From assembly GCF_006345805.1 (NCBI RefSeq), contig NC_043000.1, positions 104,284,001 through 104,348,000 on the forward strand: 64,000 nt of DNA. Reading direction: 5' to 3'. The first letter of the stretch is position 1. Every line of letters begins with the position of its first letter. Both the position numbers and the translations under genes were made by a program. Below, in pieces: positions 1 to 14,250 of this stretch. Source of the DNA: Octopus sinensis (lineage: Eukaryota). The notes under the pieces are model-generated. The model had not been told where the DNA came from. It saw nothing but the letters and a program-made list of their open reading frames with translations, and made no database searches.

Positions 1-1371
1 AACATATAAAAGGCACATGCCTCTACAATTCAACTTTCAACCTTTATTTAGGGGTTTTTGCCTGAAATTTGGCATTTTTGCTTACCAATTTATTGAATTA
101 CTATAGAAACTGATTTAACAATTTTGCTGTTCTAGTCGGTTCTTCTCATTCTCCTCTTCTTTATCTGTTGTGGCTTTGACATTACTATTATAACTGTCAG
201 TTGTATTGACTGCTAACTTAGTGTAAATTAGAACAATCTTCTCCAACTCTGTCAGTTTATCTGTTGAGCATTTAGTTTGTGCAAATTTGAACACATTTCC
301 AAATGTATTAACAATGTATTGTGTTCATACTCTTTGGAAGATCAAATCTAGGTATGTTTAGCCTAATGATTGAGGTAGATGCCTCAAAAGCACCAAAATT
401 AGGTCCTGAAATGACTGTTTATCACTTTTGCTTTATATATCTTTCCTTCTCCAAATCGTGTGCTTTCCGTTACATTATGGTTTTGCTCCACCCATCCTGG
501 CATGCTAAGTTTAATATTGTGTATTTTAAAGGTGTCCCTCACTCTATGTCTGCAAAAAATAGTTTTGCACCAGAAGCTAGTGTAAGTAAATATTTCCTGT
601 TCTATCGTGAGGACCCTTTTATAGGATCTAGATTGCTCTCCAGAAAGGCATGCCAGTTACTTCATCCCACATTCTTTGCCATAAATCTGATGCTTTGTGC
701 TTATGAAAGAAATAGTTATGGGTGGTTCAAAGTCAAAAGGTGAGTCACTTCCATTTTAGCTTGTAATGTTTATTAAGCCATGGCATCACACTATCTAATT
801 TTCTCCATTATGAATTCCCAGCTTAATGCTACCTTTAAAAATCTTATATTCTTTGGAATATAACTTATTTTTTGAGGGGATGGGGAGTAGGGTTTCCTTT
901 TGTTTTAATTCCTGTTCCCGAATTCCATTTACCTTTTCCCTCTCTCCCCTTTTAATTCTTGTGTTTTTATCATTTTCATGTCTTAAATATATTTAAAAAT
1001 AAACATTCTGTTTTAGTTTTTCTGGATTTCACAAAATTATAAATTTCCTTTTTTATTTGAATTTATGTTAACTAATGAATTTTTTTTTATTTCATACTAA
1101 TTATTTAATATTCCATCCACCAGTCCCATCTAGTTTGGTTTGGGAGATTTGGGCGACAGGGAAATATTGTAATAGCTTATCTTTATATTTCTACATGTCT
1201 TGTATGCCAGTGAAACCACTTGGTTGGAGCTTCCTTCTTTTATACACTCTATAAGGGAGAAAACATACTTAGTAAAGTGTTTGTGTAACATGGTTCTTTT
1301 CTACTCCACTGTTAAGCCTGAGGAGGAAATCATTAGAGAGGCAGGTATTAAACTTGGATAAAGGACTAAAG

Positions 1372-1570
1372 TGGAGGTGCATGGCCTAGAGGTTAGGGTA
1401 TTGGATGCATGCTCATAAGATTGCAATGCACTGTGTTCTTGAGCAAAACACTTTATTTTGCGATGCTCCAGTGCACTCAGCTAGCAAGAGTAATCTTGTG
1501 ACTGACTGGCGTGCCGTCCAGGTAGGGAATATAGGAAGCTAACCTTGTGAGTCTTTGACTTGAGAAGGAT
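1372..1570 (+). mobile_element. tRNA-derived SINE, decayed, in CAD intron
   Basis: tRNA-like head gtggaggtgcatggcctagaggttaggg followed by the core gtgttcttgagcaaaacactttatttt...gctccagtgcactcagct, which also occurs reversed at 3650-3700. Boundaries approximate. Confidence 0.6.
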
Positions 1571-2972
1571 CTTTATCCTTTATTTTTTGTTAAAGAATTA
1601 AAACTCAATACTAAACATAACATAGCTTAACCCCAGCTCAGCCTGATATTTGAAATATGCTTCAGCCATGACCCTCCCTTCTTTTTTCAGACAGTATACC
1701 TAAGTCTGGTTCTTCAAGATGGTAGGGTGTAGCTTAAGGGGATACTTGGCAGCTTTTTCTAGCAGATCTAGTGAATGCATAAAGGCTTCTTTTTGGCTCA
1801 TGTAAGAGATGTGTATCACTGTTTGGAATGTATTCATTTGTATATGGAGTTAGCATCTCTGTCCATTTCCATTTTCACTCTTACCTCTTGGCTTCTCCCA
1901 CATTTATGTAGATAAGCTTAGTTGGGAAGGGGTGAAGTAATAGCTGTTTAGATATCTTTTAATTATCTCAGCCAAACTAGATTGGAGTTCTTAAACTCCA
2001 GGTCATCACTGGTCAAACAGTCCTATATGATCAAAGATGTTTTATTTGGGACTATCTTTTTTTTTTTTTTTTTTTTAGATAGCATACTTGGGATAGTTAT
2101 TCAGTGTATTTTTTGCTTATTTTAAGACAATGGGGTGTAATTTGAGGGTGATTTGGTTGGCATATCTAGTTTATTAGCAACCATGTAGAAGCCCCTGTTA
2201 GAAGATTAGACTTGAGTGATTTTATAAACCTTTGGGTTTATAGAATATGTAAATAGGACGACTTGGAATTAAATTTGAATAAATATGTGTATTATTTTGT
2301 AACAAATTTGAGATTGCTGCTATTTTATGTATTCCAGACATTACTGCATCTTGCTGTTGCTGACATATAATCACTGTGCTGCTATTTTTTTTTTTTTTGT
2401 ACTTTTAGAAATCTTATTTATTACTAATGCTAAAGCAATTGTTACTAACCTATTTTCATTTGATTTTTAAATGCTTTCACTATGATTGGTGCCATTGTAA
2501 ATCCACTGCTAACATTTACTGCATTCCTACAGTCACTCATCCACACCAAGTTATTTTGCCAAGTTTTTGACAAAGTCAAATCACAGTGGCATGGACAGCA
2601 TATTTTAGTCATTTTCTAATAGGCTCATATTAACTGCTTTAGGCCAAGGATCTTGTATGTAAAAGCTTCAAAGCAACTGGTAAGCAGAGGTAATTTCTTA
2701 ATACAAATTTTACAAGGCTGGCTTTCAAATATCTTCTATATTTTCTACCCAAATGATTTTTGCAGTTTTAATTTTAAAATGCTTTGACGTTTTGTGTAAT
2801 GTCTATTCATTTATTTGAACTTGTAACTTTCCATTTCTTGTTTCGCTTTGTCTTGGAAAACTGAAACTAGCAATGGAAAGAAGCTTCATCTTCAAATGAA
2901 TGAATAAGTGTATGTATGATGTATGTCCTTCCAGTGTGTACATAAATTTTTTTATGCTTTTGTTTTTAACAG

Positions 2973-3139
2973 AACCTATCCTTAGAGAGTATACCGGAAG
3001 TGCGTTGCCTTGTAACGATCTTCTGGCCAAGAAGGAACAGGCTGTTGCTCAACCTGCTCCATACTTGTTCACACCCCCTGTTCACTCAGGTTTGACCGGT
3101 CATCATATTCTTAATGTTCAATCATTCCACAAGGAACAG
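2973..3139 (+). CDS. CAD: CAD exon: DHOase-ATCase linker and start of ATCase domain
   Basis: ttttaacAG acceptor and cag|GTAACT donor. Encodes EPILREY...GLTGHHILNVQSFHKEQ, matching CAD GLVGQHILSVQQFTKDQ. Upstream exons were not found in the window. Confidence 0.85.
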
Positions 3140-3439
3140 GTAACTTCTAATTGTTATATAAAATGTTTATAACCTATTGTGACCCCATCTTCATTCTGTG
3201 TCTGACTGTCTCACTTTTCTGACAGTTAAGCTTTCAATTTAACACATTATTTTCTAGAGAAACGACCCCCTTTGAAACTTGGGGTGTAACCAGTTAAGTG
3301 TTGGAAACCAGTATGGAATTTAAGACGGTTTTTATTTAATCATCCTTCACTTTCAGTTTACATTTTTATAACATTCATTAGTGTTGGTCGTTAACAAAAA
3401 TGTTATTTGAATTCTATCATAACACTAGTTACACTTAAT

Positions 3440-3776
3440 CTGGAGCCGGAGACCCCCTTCAGTCATGAATGACCATGGGCTTGCACCTAGAAAGTGCTCC
3501 GAGGCACAAGTCTGGGCAAGGTTGTTTATGGAAGACCAGTAGTCACCCATGCATACCAGCCTCCCCTCTCACACCACCAGTGTTATCCAAGGGAAAAGCA
3601 AAGGCTGATACAGCTTGGCACCAGTGACATCGCAACTCATTTCTACACTGAGTAAACTGGAGCAACGTGAAATATTGTCTTGCTCAAGACCACAACACGC
3701 AGCCCAGTCCAGGATTCGTACTCAGAACCTCATGGTCATAAGTTCAACACTCAAACCACTGAGCCATGCACTTTCA
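3440..3776 (-). mobile_element. tRNA-derived SINE
   Basis: Minus strand begins gtgaaagtgcatggctcagtggtttgag...ttctgagtacgaatcctgg (A/B-box-like head), then the core ttgagcaagacaatatttcacgttgctccag. Confidence 0.7.
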
Positions 3777-4639
3777 CTATTAATAATAATAATAATGATA
3801 ATAATAGATCACCACCCTAGCTATGTTGATCAATTTATTTCTGAAATAAATACTCCAATTTCTCCATTTTATGGTTGGGGAAGTTTAATGTTAGGAAGGA
3901 CGTCTGCACAATTGTCAGCTCAACCTATACTGTTTATTACAAATTCAACTTTAGGTGTGTAGTTTCTAATTCTTAGTAATGTCTTTAAAATAGATTTTTA
4001 TATTCACACACAAGGTCATATTTGTAAGGTATGTTACCAGTATTTGAATTAATCCTATGTGCTGGATGTGTTTTATTGTTTTGGGAGATTTTAAAAGTAA
4101 AACCAACCTCAGAATATAGAGGCATATATCTGGATACACAAAAGCCCTTATCTAACAGCCCAGTGTGTCTACCATTGACTTTATATATATATATATATAT
4201 ATACTATCATTAAACAAATTTTTAACATTAGAATGATATTGTAAACATTTGGAGAAGGTAAACAATTTAATTGTCCCTGACATTTGACCAGTACATATTT
4301 AATCAGTTGTGGAAGATAGAAATATAAAATCATTTAAAATTCCTTAGGGTTTGGACCCACTATACATAGGGACATACCAAAACATATTTTAAATATGTTC
4401 TTAAACATATCTATTTCTGCCATTGGCTGTATAACATATATTTACAGCTTATAGTATAAGATACAGATATATCCTTTGTTAGCTGTCAACTTGAGATTAT
4501 AATTTTGGTGCTTTAAAGTTGTAATATTCCTTCCATTAGTGCCTAGAAGAACCTATTTCAGTTTGTCACTTATAATCTTTTCCTTGCTTCGGGTTTGTAA
4601 GGGAAATAACTATATAAGCATTTTTTAGAGATGTAAAGT

Positions 4640-4936
4640 ATAATAGCCATCTCAATATGGCTAACCACAAAGGGGGGGGGGTGTTACTGTAGCTTTTTAC
4701 GTTCTGAGATTTAATAATACATTTTTAGAGAGTTACTCCCCTTATATATGCCAAAAATGCATTAAAAATGTGAAAAATTGATGGTAAATTTTTTTTTAAA
4801 TCGTAGAAGGGCTCGATATGAATCACGACTATAAGATACCCGGTTTTGGTTAAACTGTACCGCAAAATGTGGGAGTAGTTAGGAATCTAAATCGTTGGAG
4901 ACAGACAGCACACAACCTCACTTTTATATATAAAGA
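4640..4936 (-). mobile_element. Non-autonomous Helitron, 5' fragment
   Basis: Ends on + in cttttatatataaaga|t (minus A|TC start). About 250 bp closely matches 35930-36154, except for a 29-bp deletion with aga microhomology. Confidence 0.75.
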
Positions 4937-4974
4937 TTTTCAGGACTGTAAGCTTTTATTTTGTCTCATTTCAG

Positions 4975-5052
4975 TTGCATCAACTGTTTAATCAGGCTCA
5001 CAATTACCGGATGTCTGTACAGAGAGATAGGGCTCTTGATCATATACTTAAG
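4975..5052 (+). CDS. CAD: CAD exon (ATCase)
   Basis: tttcAG / aag|GTATGT; encodes LHQLFNQAHNYRMSVQRDRALDHILK; phase 0-0. Confidence 0.93.
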
Positions 5053-5815
5053 GTATGTAAACTTTTGTTGTTCAGTCTTTGGTCTCTTATGGTACATTGG
5101 ACCTTGTAATCCAAGACTATCCAATGAAGACCAACTCTTTTTTTACAGGTATAGTGTGATTAAAAATCATCTAACCTGTTAACGTTATCCAGGCTGAAAA
5201 TTTGGTGCAAATGCTTGCAACTAAATAGGCTGTTGCTTAAAGTAGCCAAGGGCCATGTGGTGGTATTCATTAGAGTGACAAGGTTAATATATTGTTAATA
5301 CTAACATCGTGGTAGAAATGTCTTCACCTACTATGTGTAATGATTTTCTTCCTATGTCATTGCATGTTTCAGCATATTCGTTATAGAATGTCTATGTAAG
5401 ACTACATTGGCTTAATGTGTATTTTTAAGTGTCTTTTTCTCTTATAAGACACTTTCAAGTGTGATTTGAAAGAGATTTAGTTACTGTTTCTAACAAATGA
5501 ATGGACTATGCTGAGGCTCCCTCATTAGCTGGTCTATCTTAGGTTGGTATGTCTGTTCATGATTTCAGCACATACAGGCCAATGAAAAACCCTTACACTT
5601 GTATCTTAACTGTATAAAATATAAAAAGGTGCCTTCAGGTATGGTTATTTATAAGCAAATACACATTTAATGATCATCACCACCTATATATTATACAAAA
5701 CTTGATTATGAAATGTTGAATAATAATAGATATGGTTTTGTGGATGTTATTTTGCTCTCCTTTTTTCCTGTGTGTATATGTTTACTTATGTTAATTGATT
5801 CCTTTTAACTCACAG

Positions 5816-6154
5816 GGCAAGGTGATGGCTTCCATGTTCTATGAAGTCAGCACTCGGACCAGCTGTTCCTTTGGTGCCGCCATGCAAAGACTTGGTGGGT
5901 CAGTGATCACATTCAATGAAGCTACTTCATCAGTACAGAAGGGTGAAACTCTTGAAGACACAGTGCAGACCATGTCTGGTTATGCTGATGTTATTGTGTT
6001 ACGACATCCCAAGCCTGGTGCAGTTATGAAAGCTGCTCAGCACTGTCGCAAACCTGTGATCAATGCAGGAGATGGCACTGGAGAGCATCCTACTCAAGCA
6101 CTACTCGATGTTTTTACCATCCGAGAAGAAATTGGTACTGTCAATGGCCTTACT
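5816..6154 (+). CDS. CAD: CAD exon (ATCase carbamoyl-phosphate domain)
   Basis: cacAG / act|GTAAGT; [15 protein letters not shown]...SSVQKGE...VLRH...[10 protein letters not shown], with the STRT and HPTQ catalytic motifs intact. Confidence 0.98.
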
Positions 6155-7174
6155 GTAAGTATACTTTATATTGCAAATACCTTAATCCTGCTTTCTTTGT
6201 TGAAATGGTCAGATATTTTGGGAAGTTTCGTGCATATCCTGACAATTAATCTGACTTGTTTCAGGCATTGTACAAAAAAAAAAAATCATTATTGCCATGG
6301 CATAACAATCAAATAATGTTGTTTAATCCCAGATCAACCTTAATTGATCAAACCTATGATCGAAGGCATTCCTTATTGGCTAGCCAGTTCAATAGTAGCA
6401 ATAAATGTATTGCTTCATTGTATTAAATTCTGATGTGGGTGATGAAATATATAAGTAGTACCATTAACATACTATGGGTGATTCAGTTGACTGACTTTTC
6501 ATCACAGCAAAAATTGTGGGCTGTATTAATGTGAAGAGTCATTAGAATTGTGAGTAGGGGTGGAGGTGATGAAACAAGAGTCCTGGTTTAAATAGTTAAC
6601 CTGTTTTGTTGAATTTACCTGTAATTAGATTTTGAAACAGATTTGGTTAAGAGCCATTTGTTAAATTTTCCAAAAATCATAGTATAATGTTTTAATAAAT
6701 AAAATAAAATTAACTGTTTTATGAAACCAGTCTAAATGCACAATTATTTTAGAATTTAATTGAAACACATAAGGGATGTATTTTGGTTAGAAATGTAGTA
6801 ACAAAAGAGTTAAGTAATAAATAGTAATTGGTTATTGCTAGTTTGCTGTAGTTAGTTGTAGGGGAAATGTCTTCAAAGATAAAGAACACTGGTTATTGAA
6901 TGTGAACCCTTTGTCCTTTAGTCACCCAACCAATATCCCGACATTACTTTCTGAACTTCTTGATACTGTTCGTGTTGCCACACTTGCCACTTAGCTTCAG
7001 TGAAATTACCTGATAAGTATCTAACTGTTCATACTTCATGACTGACTAAATATCAAAAGTTTTTTTTGGGGGGAGGGGGGTGAAACCTGCTCACGTATGA
7101 TACCAAAAGCTGAATCATGCTGTTTCAGTAATCCTTGAATATGTTTTTTTTTTCTTCTTCCCACTTCATTTCAG

Positions 7175-7330
7175 ATTACCATGGTAGGTGATTTACGAAA
7201 TGGCCGTACTGTCCACTCATTAGCTCGAATTTTGACCCTCTACCGTGTCAATCTCTGTTATATTTCTCCACCAACTCTTGAAATGCCAACCGATGTACAA
7301 GAATATGTTAGATCCAAAGGAATCACTCAG
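7175..7330 (+). CDS. CAD: CAD exon (ATCase)
   Basis: ttcAG / cag|GTATAC; [16 protein letters not shown]...KGITQ. Confidence 0.97.
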
Positions 7331-7931
7331 GTATACTTTTTTCTCTTTTTATCATGCCCCATAAAAGTATAGTTTTAGGGAAATTTCATTTCCTCTTACA
7401 TATTTTAAATTCTACTCTAAATAATATCCTGTTTTAGTAATTTGCTCGTGTATATATTTTTTTAAAAATATGGTTGTGAATGACTGTGCTATAGTGGCTT
7501 TTTATTTATATAAAATTTCAAGTAATTAAGCACAAAAAGTAGATGCATTTTTTATTGAAAGTAAAAATTCTATAAAAGAAATAAACTATAGAAATACTAT
7601 GATAAAGAAAATCACTTATCAAAAGTACATGAATATTAAAATTAGATCATAACAAATAACCATTTTTAAAAGAAACAAACTCAATAAGATTCATAGCTGT
7701 TTTTTTTCCAAAATTGAAGCATTGTTTGAATAAAAATTTGTAAGTGAATGTGCCATGAAAGATTGCATAAAATTATGTTGTATAATTTTGAAAAGTTTAT
7801 TATAGAAATATCTGCAGTAAAAGTCAGGAGCATCCCAACAATGTATGGGAAAACGAACGATACAAAACAATTTTTCTTTATTTGTTTAAGCTTCATATCT
7901 GATGTAATTTGCATGTGTTCTCTCATTGCAG

Positions 7932-8033
7932 ACAGCCTTCAATTCTTTAACCGATATAATTGCCGATACAGATGTTCTCTACATTACCCGAATACAGAAG
8001 GAACGTTTCAGTAGCCTTGTAGATTATGAAAAG
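7932..8033 (+). CDS. CAD: CAD exon (ATCase)
   Basis: tgcAG / aag|GTATGT; [34 protein letters not shown]. Confidence 0.96.
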
Positions 8034-9816
8034 GTATGTCACTTTTAATTTTCTTTTGTTAAGTCTGAAGTCTGCTTACATTTAGTCTTAGTATATTTAG
8101 AACATTATCTAATGTAAATTTTTTTAGTGTAGCTTGGAGGGTAATTTAGCTACTGTTTTTAACAAATGAACTGATCCTTTTTGGAGTTTTTTTCTTTGTG
8201 CTGTGCAGAAGTGAACCAGATTTTCAGAGTTTAGTCTTATCTGCCTGTATTTCATCCATATTTTGTTAGGGAGTAAGTTGACTTGAAAACCTTGTATGGG
8301 TGCAAATGGATATTATATAAGGACGCAAACTCTATTAACTTTGTCCCTTCTCCTTCTTCCTAGAAGAATTACCTTGGGCTTGTGTTGTACATTGACAAAT
8401 TTGGTAGAGAAACAGAAAATATTTTGCAGTATTTTTGTTGCATCTGTTTGTTCTGATTTTAGATCCATCTTAGGTTGACTATCTTTTATTATTTTCCTGA
8501 AACTGGTGATTCTGTGCCTTTGACAGAATCGTTTGCTCATCAGACAAACCTGTGTGATATTTCTTAGGTTCTGAGTTCAAATCCCACCAAGATCAAATTT
8601 GTCTTTCATCCTTCCAGGATCATTAAAATAAAGTATTACTCCTTTTCATGTGCCATATTTACAGGTGTTGCCAATCACAGACCCTCTTGCCATGCCTAAG
8701 CCTGAAGATTAGTATTTTTCTTGGGAAAGCTAGAGCAGTGTTTTCCAGTTGCCTTTTACCAGTTTATGTAGTTTATTCTGCAAGTCTTTTGTTCTCCTAA
8801 GCTTACCCTTGAAGTATTTAATCTTTAGGTAGTGGTAACTAAGGAATAACTCTGAATTCTTGTTGTGGATCTGCATCTACAGATGCAGTTTAATCTCTTA
8901 CCCAGCACAATCAAGTCATGGTCTGGGTTTGATATAGTCAGCTATTACATTCCCCAAAATTTCTAGCTTTATACCTCTATCTGAAATTGTAACAACTGGA
9001 GAGATATTGTGCTAGAGAAAACCCTGTCCAATCCCTACAAGCTTGGAAAAGACATTAAAAATGGTGTTGCTGTTGCAAATGGTAAAATATCAGAGTAATA
9101 ATGTTTTTTGAAATATACCATATTTTAACATGTATAAGGGACCATTTTTTTAGGTTAAACAGATATGGGAGTTTCTTATACATGGATAGCATTATAATCC
9201 TTTACAAAACCTTTTTTCCAAATATTAAGCCCCCAAAATTAGGGGGCTCTTTATACACTGTTAAAATATAGTAGCTTAGAGTTGAATTCTGACAAGTTTG
9301 ATCTAGTATGTTGTGTTTTGAGAAAGAGTGATATAAATTAGCTTGTCATATATTACAGTCGTTTTAATTGACTAACGCATTCTAATGATATAATACCTGA
9401 TCTGTATCTTTTCAATTAATTTTCAGCAGCTGTAGACTCAGGCACACTTAACCCCAAATAGTGTGATGGATACAGTCTATTTTTAATTTAGAATTTCTAG
9501 TTATTTATGGCAAAACTTTTAAAATGAAGTTTGGAGTGGGTGGGTGTGATACAGTACAGATGATGGGTGTATTGAGTATTTTGGGTGAGCGTGGTATTCA
9601 GTTTAGAGGAGCAGGAGTTCTAATAATAGTAAAGATAACTAAACTAGAAAGTAGATACTGTGTATAAGTAAATTAGTGATTAGATGTTGAGTGAAGGTTA
9701 GCTAATCTTTTAAAAATCTAATCTAAAATGTTTGCATGTGTGCGATAGTTTCTCCATTCAAGATATAGAAACAAATTGTTTTCCATGATTGAATTTTTCC
9801 TATTTTTCCTTTGTAG

Positions 9817-9911
9817 GCATGTGGACAGATTATTTTGACTCCAGAACTGATGACTAAAGCTAAAAAGAAGATGGTGGTTATGCATCCCTTACCCAGAGTT
9901 AATGAAATCAG
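9817..9911 (+). CDS. CAD: CAD exon (ATCase)
   Basis: tgtAG / ag|GTTAGC; [31 protein letters not shown]; ends in phase 2. Confidence 0.96.
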
Positions 9912-10852
9912 GTTAGCATCGGTTTTGTTTCTTTCCTTTTCTATATAGTCCAGTTACAGTTGGCCATGTGGTTCAGAAGTTCACTTCATTATTACATGGT
10001 TTCATGTGCAGCATTTTGGGCAACTTAGTTTCTACTGTGAGTGATCTGTACAGACAAATTGTGTAGAAGCTTGTTGGATGAACTGTAACTGTTCATACTT
10101 TATCCCATTTCCTGAAATATGCTATGCCACACTCCACCTTGAGAAACGCTACTTCAGATGTCTTCAGAAGAAATTAAAGCTTTCATTGACTTGCTGAACT
10201 CAAATACTACTGTACATTTAGTTTAAAGAGGATCTCACCTAAAGTCAGTAAGACTAATCACCCTTTGATGGATACATGGTTCTAGCAAATTAGCAGAACT
10301 GAGAGGTTAATTTTGGTTGAGTATGTTTTTTAGAGGGCCAAAATATACTGCTGGCAATTCTTTTAAATTACAAAATTCCTGTCAGAGAGCTTTATGGTGT
10401 TGGAGTTTTATAATACCTGCATTTTCTAAGCTAATGATAATTTAGCTAGCTGTATTATTAGATTTAATAAAGTTGCTGATCTTGCTATGGGTATGGACTA
10501 ATTGAGAATGTGTATTGGATTGTGTTGAGTGTACAACTGTTGCATTTTGGTTTACTCTTTATACAAACAGAATTGCCAATAATTATACAAGAACTAGTTC
10601 TTGTCTGGATCAGACTATAGGGTAAAAAACCTGAGCTTCAAAAGTTTGATTGCATGTAGTGGAGTAAGGATAGAGGTGAGTAATTAATGTTTATTCTTAG
10701 GAAGTACCAAATCCAGTCCTGGTGCTTGACAGTATTGACTACTCATCCCTCTTTTCAAAACTACCAGCCTTGTGCCTAAGCTAGAAACAATTGACGTTTA
10801 TTCTTATATAACATTATTGACTTTTAATGTCATCATTCTTGCATTATTTCAG

Positions 10853-10955
10853 TACTGCTCTGGATTCTGACCCTCGTGCTGCATACTTCCGCCAGGCTGA
10901 GAATGGTATGTTTGTTCGGATGGCTCTTCTTGCCATGACACTCGGAAGGGCTTAA
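10853..10955 (+). CDS. CAD: CAD terminal coding exon
   Basis: ttcAG acceptor in phase 2; (S)[33 protein letters not shown]-stop (TAA at 10953-10955). Confidence 0.97.
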
Positions 10956-12449
10956 AACTATTATACATACACACATGCATATATATGAATTTATAAATTA
11001 GAGCTTACAACCATAAAACAAAGTGACCTAACCTGATTTATTTACTGTTATACTACCAAATTAACACTTCTATTTCAAAAGATTAACATTATGGTGATAA
11101 AAAAAAATTATTAAAAAAATTGCATACTGGGATCACTTGTTTCTTGTATTTTTTTTTTTTTTTTTGTTAACAGGTTGAATGTTCCCACACTTTTGCAAAT
11201 TTCATTAAATTTTTTTTATTTATTTATTTGTGCACACTCCCACATATGTTTTACTCCTTTGCTGGTTTGAATCTGTTGGTTGTGGTCATATTATGGTACT
11301 GCTATATATGTACGTATTTTTAAAGATGCTTATACAACTACAGGGTGGTCACCAGAAAAGTGGAAAATTCGCGAAATGCTGATTTATATTTTCACAGGAT
11401 CTATTTTAGGTAAACAGTATCAAATTGATGCCTTGTGATAGTTGAAAAAAAGTTTCATAACACAGCTCCCCAAGTCAGATTTTCACTCTTGAAAATAATT
11501 TGTCTCTGAAAATCTGATAGCTGTTTCTTTCCACGGCTTTCTTCCATGATGTGAGGTTCACTCAGAAGCAAATGATATCAATGCTTGTTATGATTACTCA
11601 CTCATTCAATAACAGAAACAATAAATCAGAAACCACCTATCATCATACAGTTTATTGATGACCTAATTAATGCTTGTTAGTTTTGCCTTCAAATTTTCTA
11701 CTTTTGTAACGACCACCCTGTATATATGGCTTGCTATGAAATGAATGCAACCAATATGGCACCAATTTAAAAGCTGGGCTGATGAACGACAAAGTATAGT
11801 AATGTACCTTGTATCAGTTGGCTTAACCATAATGCCATTATTGCCTTTGTATGCAGAGAAATACTTTCATTCCAAATATACCTTACATTGTTATCTGTGG
11901 TTCAATAGACTTAATATGAGAGAAGACTGTTGAAACATTAACATAAAATAGTTATAGCTAACTGCTTACTTACTAAGGTCAGCAGTTCACATTGGTAAAA
12001 ATACAAGAACATTTTTACCTTGGACAGAATTCACTCTGTTGTATGCATTTGTCTTGCCCATCCACCTGTTCTCCAACAAATATTGGCCCTAGGATAATTG
12101 AGCATCAATCACATCAATCTAGAAGACACTGATAAGATTATGGAGCTTTGCTTCTCATATTCTCTAATAAATTTATTAAAAATAAAACAAACACCTGCAG
12201 ATTTACACAAGTACTTACAGAGCATGTCTTCATGGAAATATTAAATTTAAGATCATAAAAGGGTAACATAGTAAACTTTGGCTTTCAATAGAGATGAATA
12301 AATTGAGTACTGAGCTGATAGTGTTGATATAATTAAAAGCCCAAGACCTTTGAAAAAAATATGCAAAAAAAGTACAGCATGTACTGTAAAAAAGCGGGAA
12401 AATGTGTATAATTGATGCATGATGCTTTATTTGCTTAGAGTACTAAACC

Positions 12450-14250
12450 TAAAATCCTGCAGTAGGTTTAATTAAGAAAATGTTTGAAGTTTGCCTTGTA
12501 GAATTGCTTCACATGAACTTTGTGATTAGTCTTCAGAGATGTTCTAACAGCATCAGTTCTATAAAAGTGAGAATGGACAAAAACAAACACTAACAGCAGA
12601 AATACTTGTTGGACATCATTCTCTTATACCCTCAAAAGTTATCCTTCAGCAGCACATATCAAGAAAACATTAAATCCTGTTAAACATCAGCATGCAACTG
12701 GATGTTGGATGCTACAATTGCTAGGTGTTATTGTCTCTTATTGTAAGCACACATCCCTAACTTTAGCAAAAAGGCTTAAGTATTTCCAGTAATTACAAAA
12801 CTATAAATTCCAAGCTAGATCTACAATGAAGTACTGATCCAATCTCTCTAAAAATAAATAAATAAATGGCCTTCCAACTGCCTAGAATAAAAATGCTTTA
12901 CTGTGGTTCTTTGGAGTTGGCTGGTGATAATCGTACCTGTATTAAGGCCCTATAGTAACCACTACCCAGAATGTCAGTCCTTTGGAATTCCTTTACACAC
13001 TAGTATCTACTGTAACCATTGACTTACAACTATTCAAGAACATAGCTGTGTTCATCTTCCTCCAGGCCAAACCAATGCAAAATATATTGTACTTTTTATC
13101 AAAATTTCAAGTTAGTGTTGCTGTAACTTTATGAAGATATTTCTCAAGTTAAAAGAGGATCTAACTAGATGAAATATTAAATTTAGCGAAGCAGCTACCC
13201 TGGTCACTAGTAATGACTGGTAACCAAAGTTGATCGACCAGTACTGAGGGCATATCATCTCTTACATTGTAGACTGCTCCCTAAGGAAATAAGATGCAAA
13301 AGGATAATCAGGCAATTGTTTATATACTAAGCAGCTACATGTACACAAAACAGTAGTCTCAACTCCATCAAGCAGCACCTTGAAAGCCACATCATTTTAA
13401 AATTAATAAGTAACAAAACATAGACTATAGAAAGCACTGCTTGCAAGCAGATTGCTGGATACATGCCTTATAACTTGGGACTTAGCAGATGCTTTGAAGG
13501 GGATTTTATGCACGTGTATCACAAGAAATGTAATGCTCACAGTGGTCATTACCTCTTTATGGTGTCCAGACTATAACCTAGATAAGGATACACTTTGATC
13601 CAGTAGTAGTCTTGAAAAGGAAGAGACCCACCCATTGGATTATGCTGAAGATATGCAATGCCTGATAGAAGTGTCTTGGAGTGTAATAGATGGTAGTTAA
13701 GTTAGTTTTAGGTTGCATATAATGAATGCTCAACAATTCTTAATTCAAGACCAATTTATTTGTGTGGTAAAATAAAATTCTGGTAATTGTTCACAACAAA
13801 GTTTACACTCTGGAAAAACAATTATGTAGCTCTTGCAAAAGGCTCTGTAATTAAACTGCCATGGTGAGAAAATATACATACTGGGTTCATGTCAGCAAAC
13901 TGTAGCGGCATGTCTAGGTTGAGTGAGAGTTATAATAATGACTGTTAAAAGCAGCAAAATTAATGTTATTTCCTTATGGAGAGAAGTTGTTGGTTGGCTG
14001 GAAACAAGGTGCTAGAGCATGGAATGTGTTCCTTCTGTGTACAACTAAGTGCACTCACAGTATGCAGATAAACTTCAACTTCGGACTTTTGCCATTCTTG
14101 TGGTGGTGGTGGTGGTGGGGTTCTGATGAACAGGAAAAGATTAAAAAAATTCTGGCTGTTAGTGAACTGGGAAGAAAAGGATCCTCTTGACATTGCTGAG
14201 CAGATTTAACTAATTTGAGGAAAATGAAGAAAGGTAAGCTCTTAGTCAAT
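12450..14250 (+). mobile_element. Heavily decayed non-LTR retrotransposon (RT remnants)
   Basis: Broken-frame traces resembling RT motifs: DLADA at about 13485 and PLDYAEDM (YADD-like) at about 13630. No long ORF; boundaries approximate. Confidence 0.35.

Noticed and set aside
321-743. 140-aa ORF as an upstream CAD exon
   Set aside because: No resemblance to dihydroorotase or linker sequence and no convincing splice sites; treated as intron.
6439-6494. Possible C/D-box snoRNA (GTGATGA...CTGA) in a CAD intron
   Set aside because: Only about 56 nt, no terminal stem and no recognisable antisense element; expected by chance.
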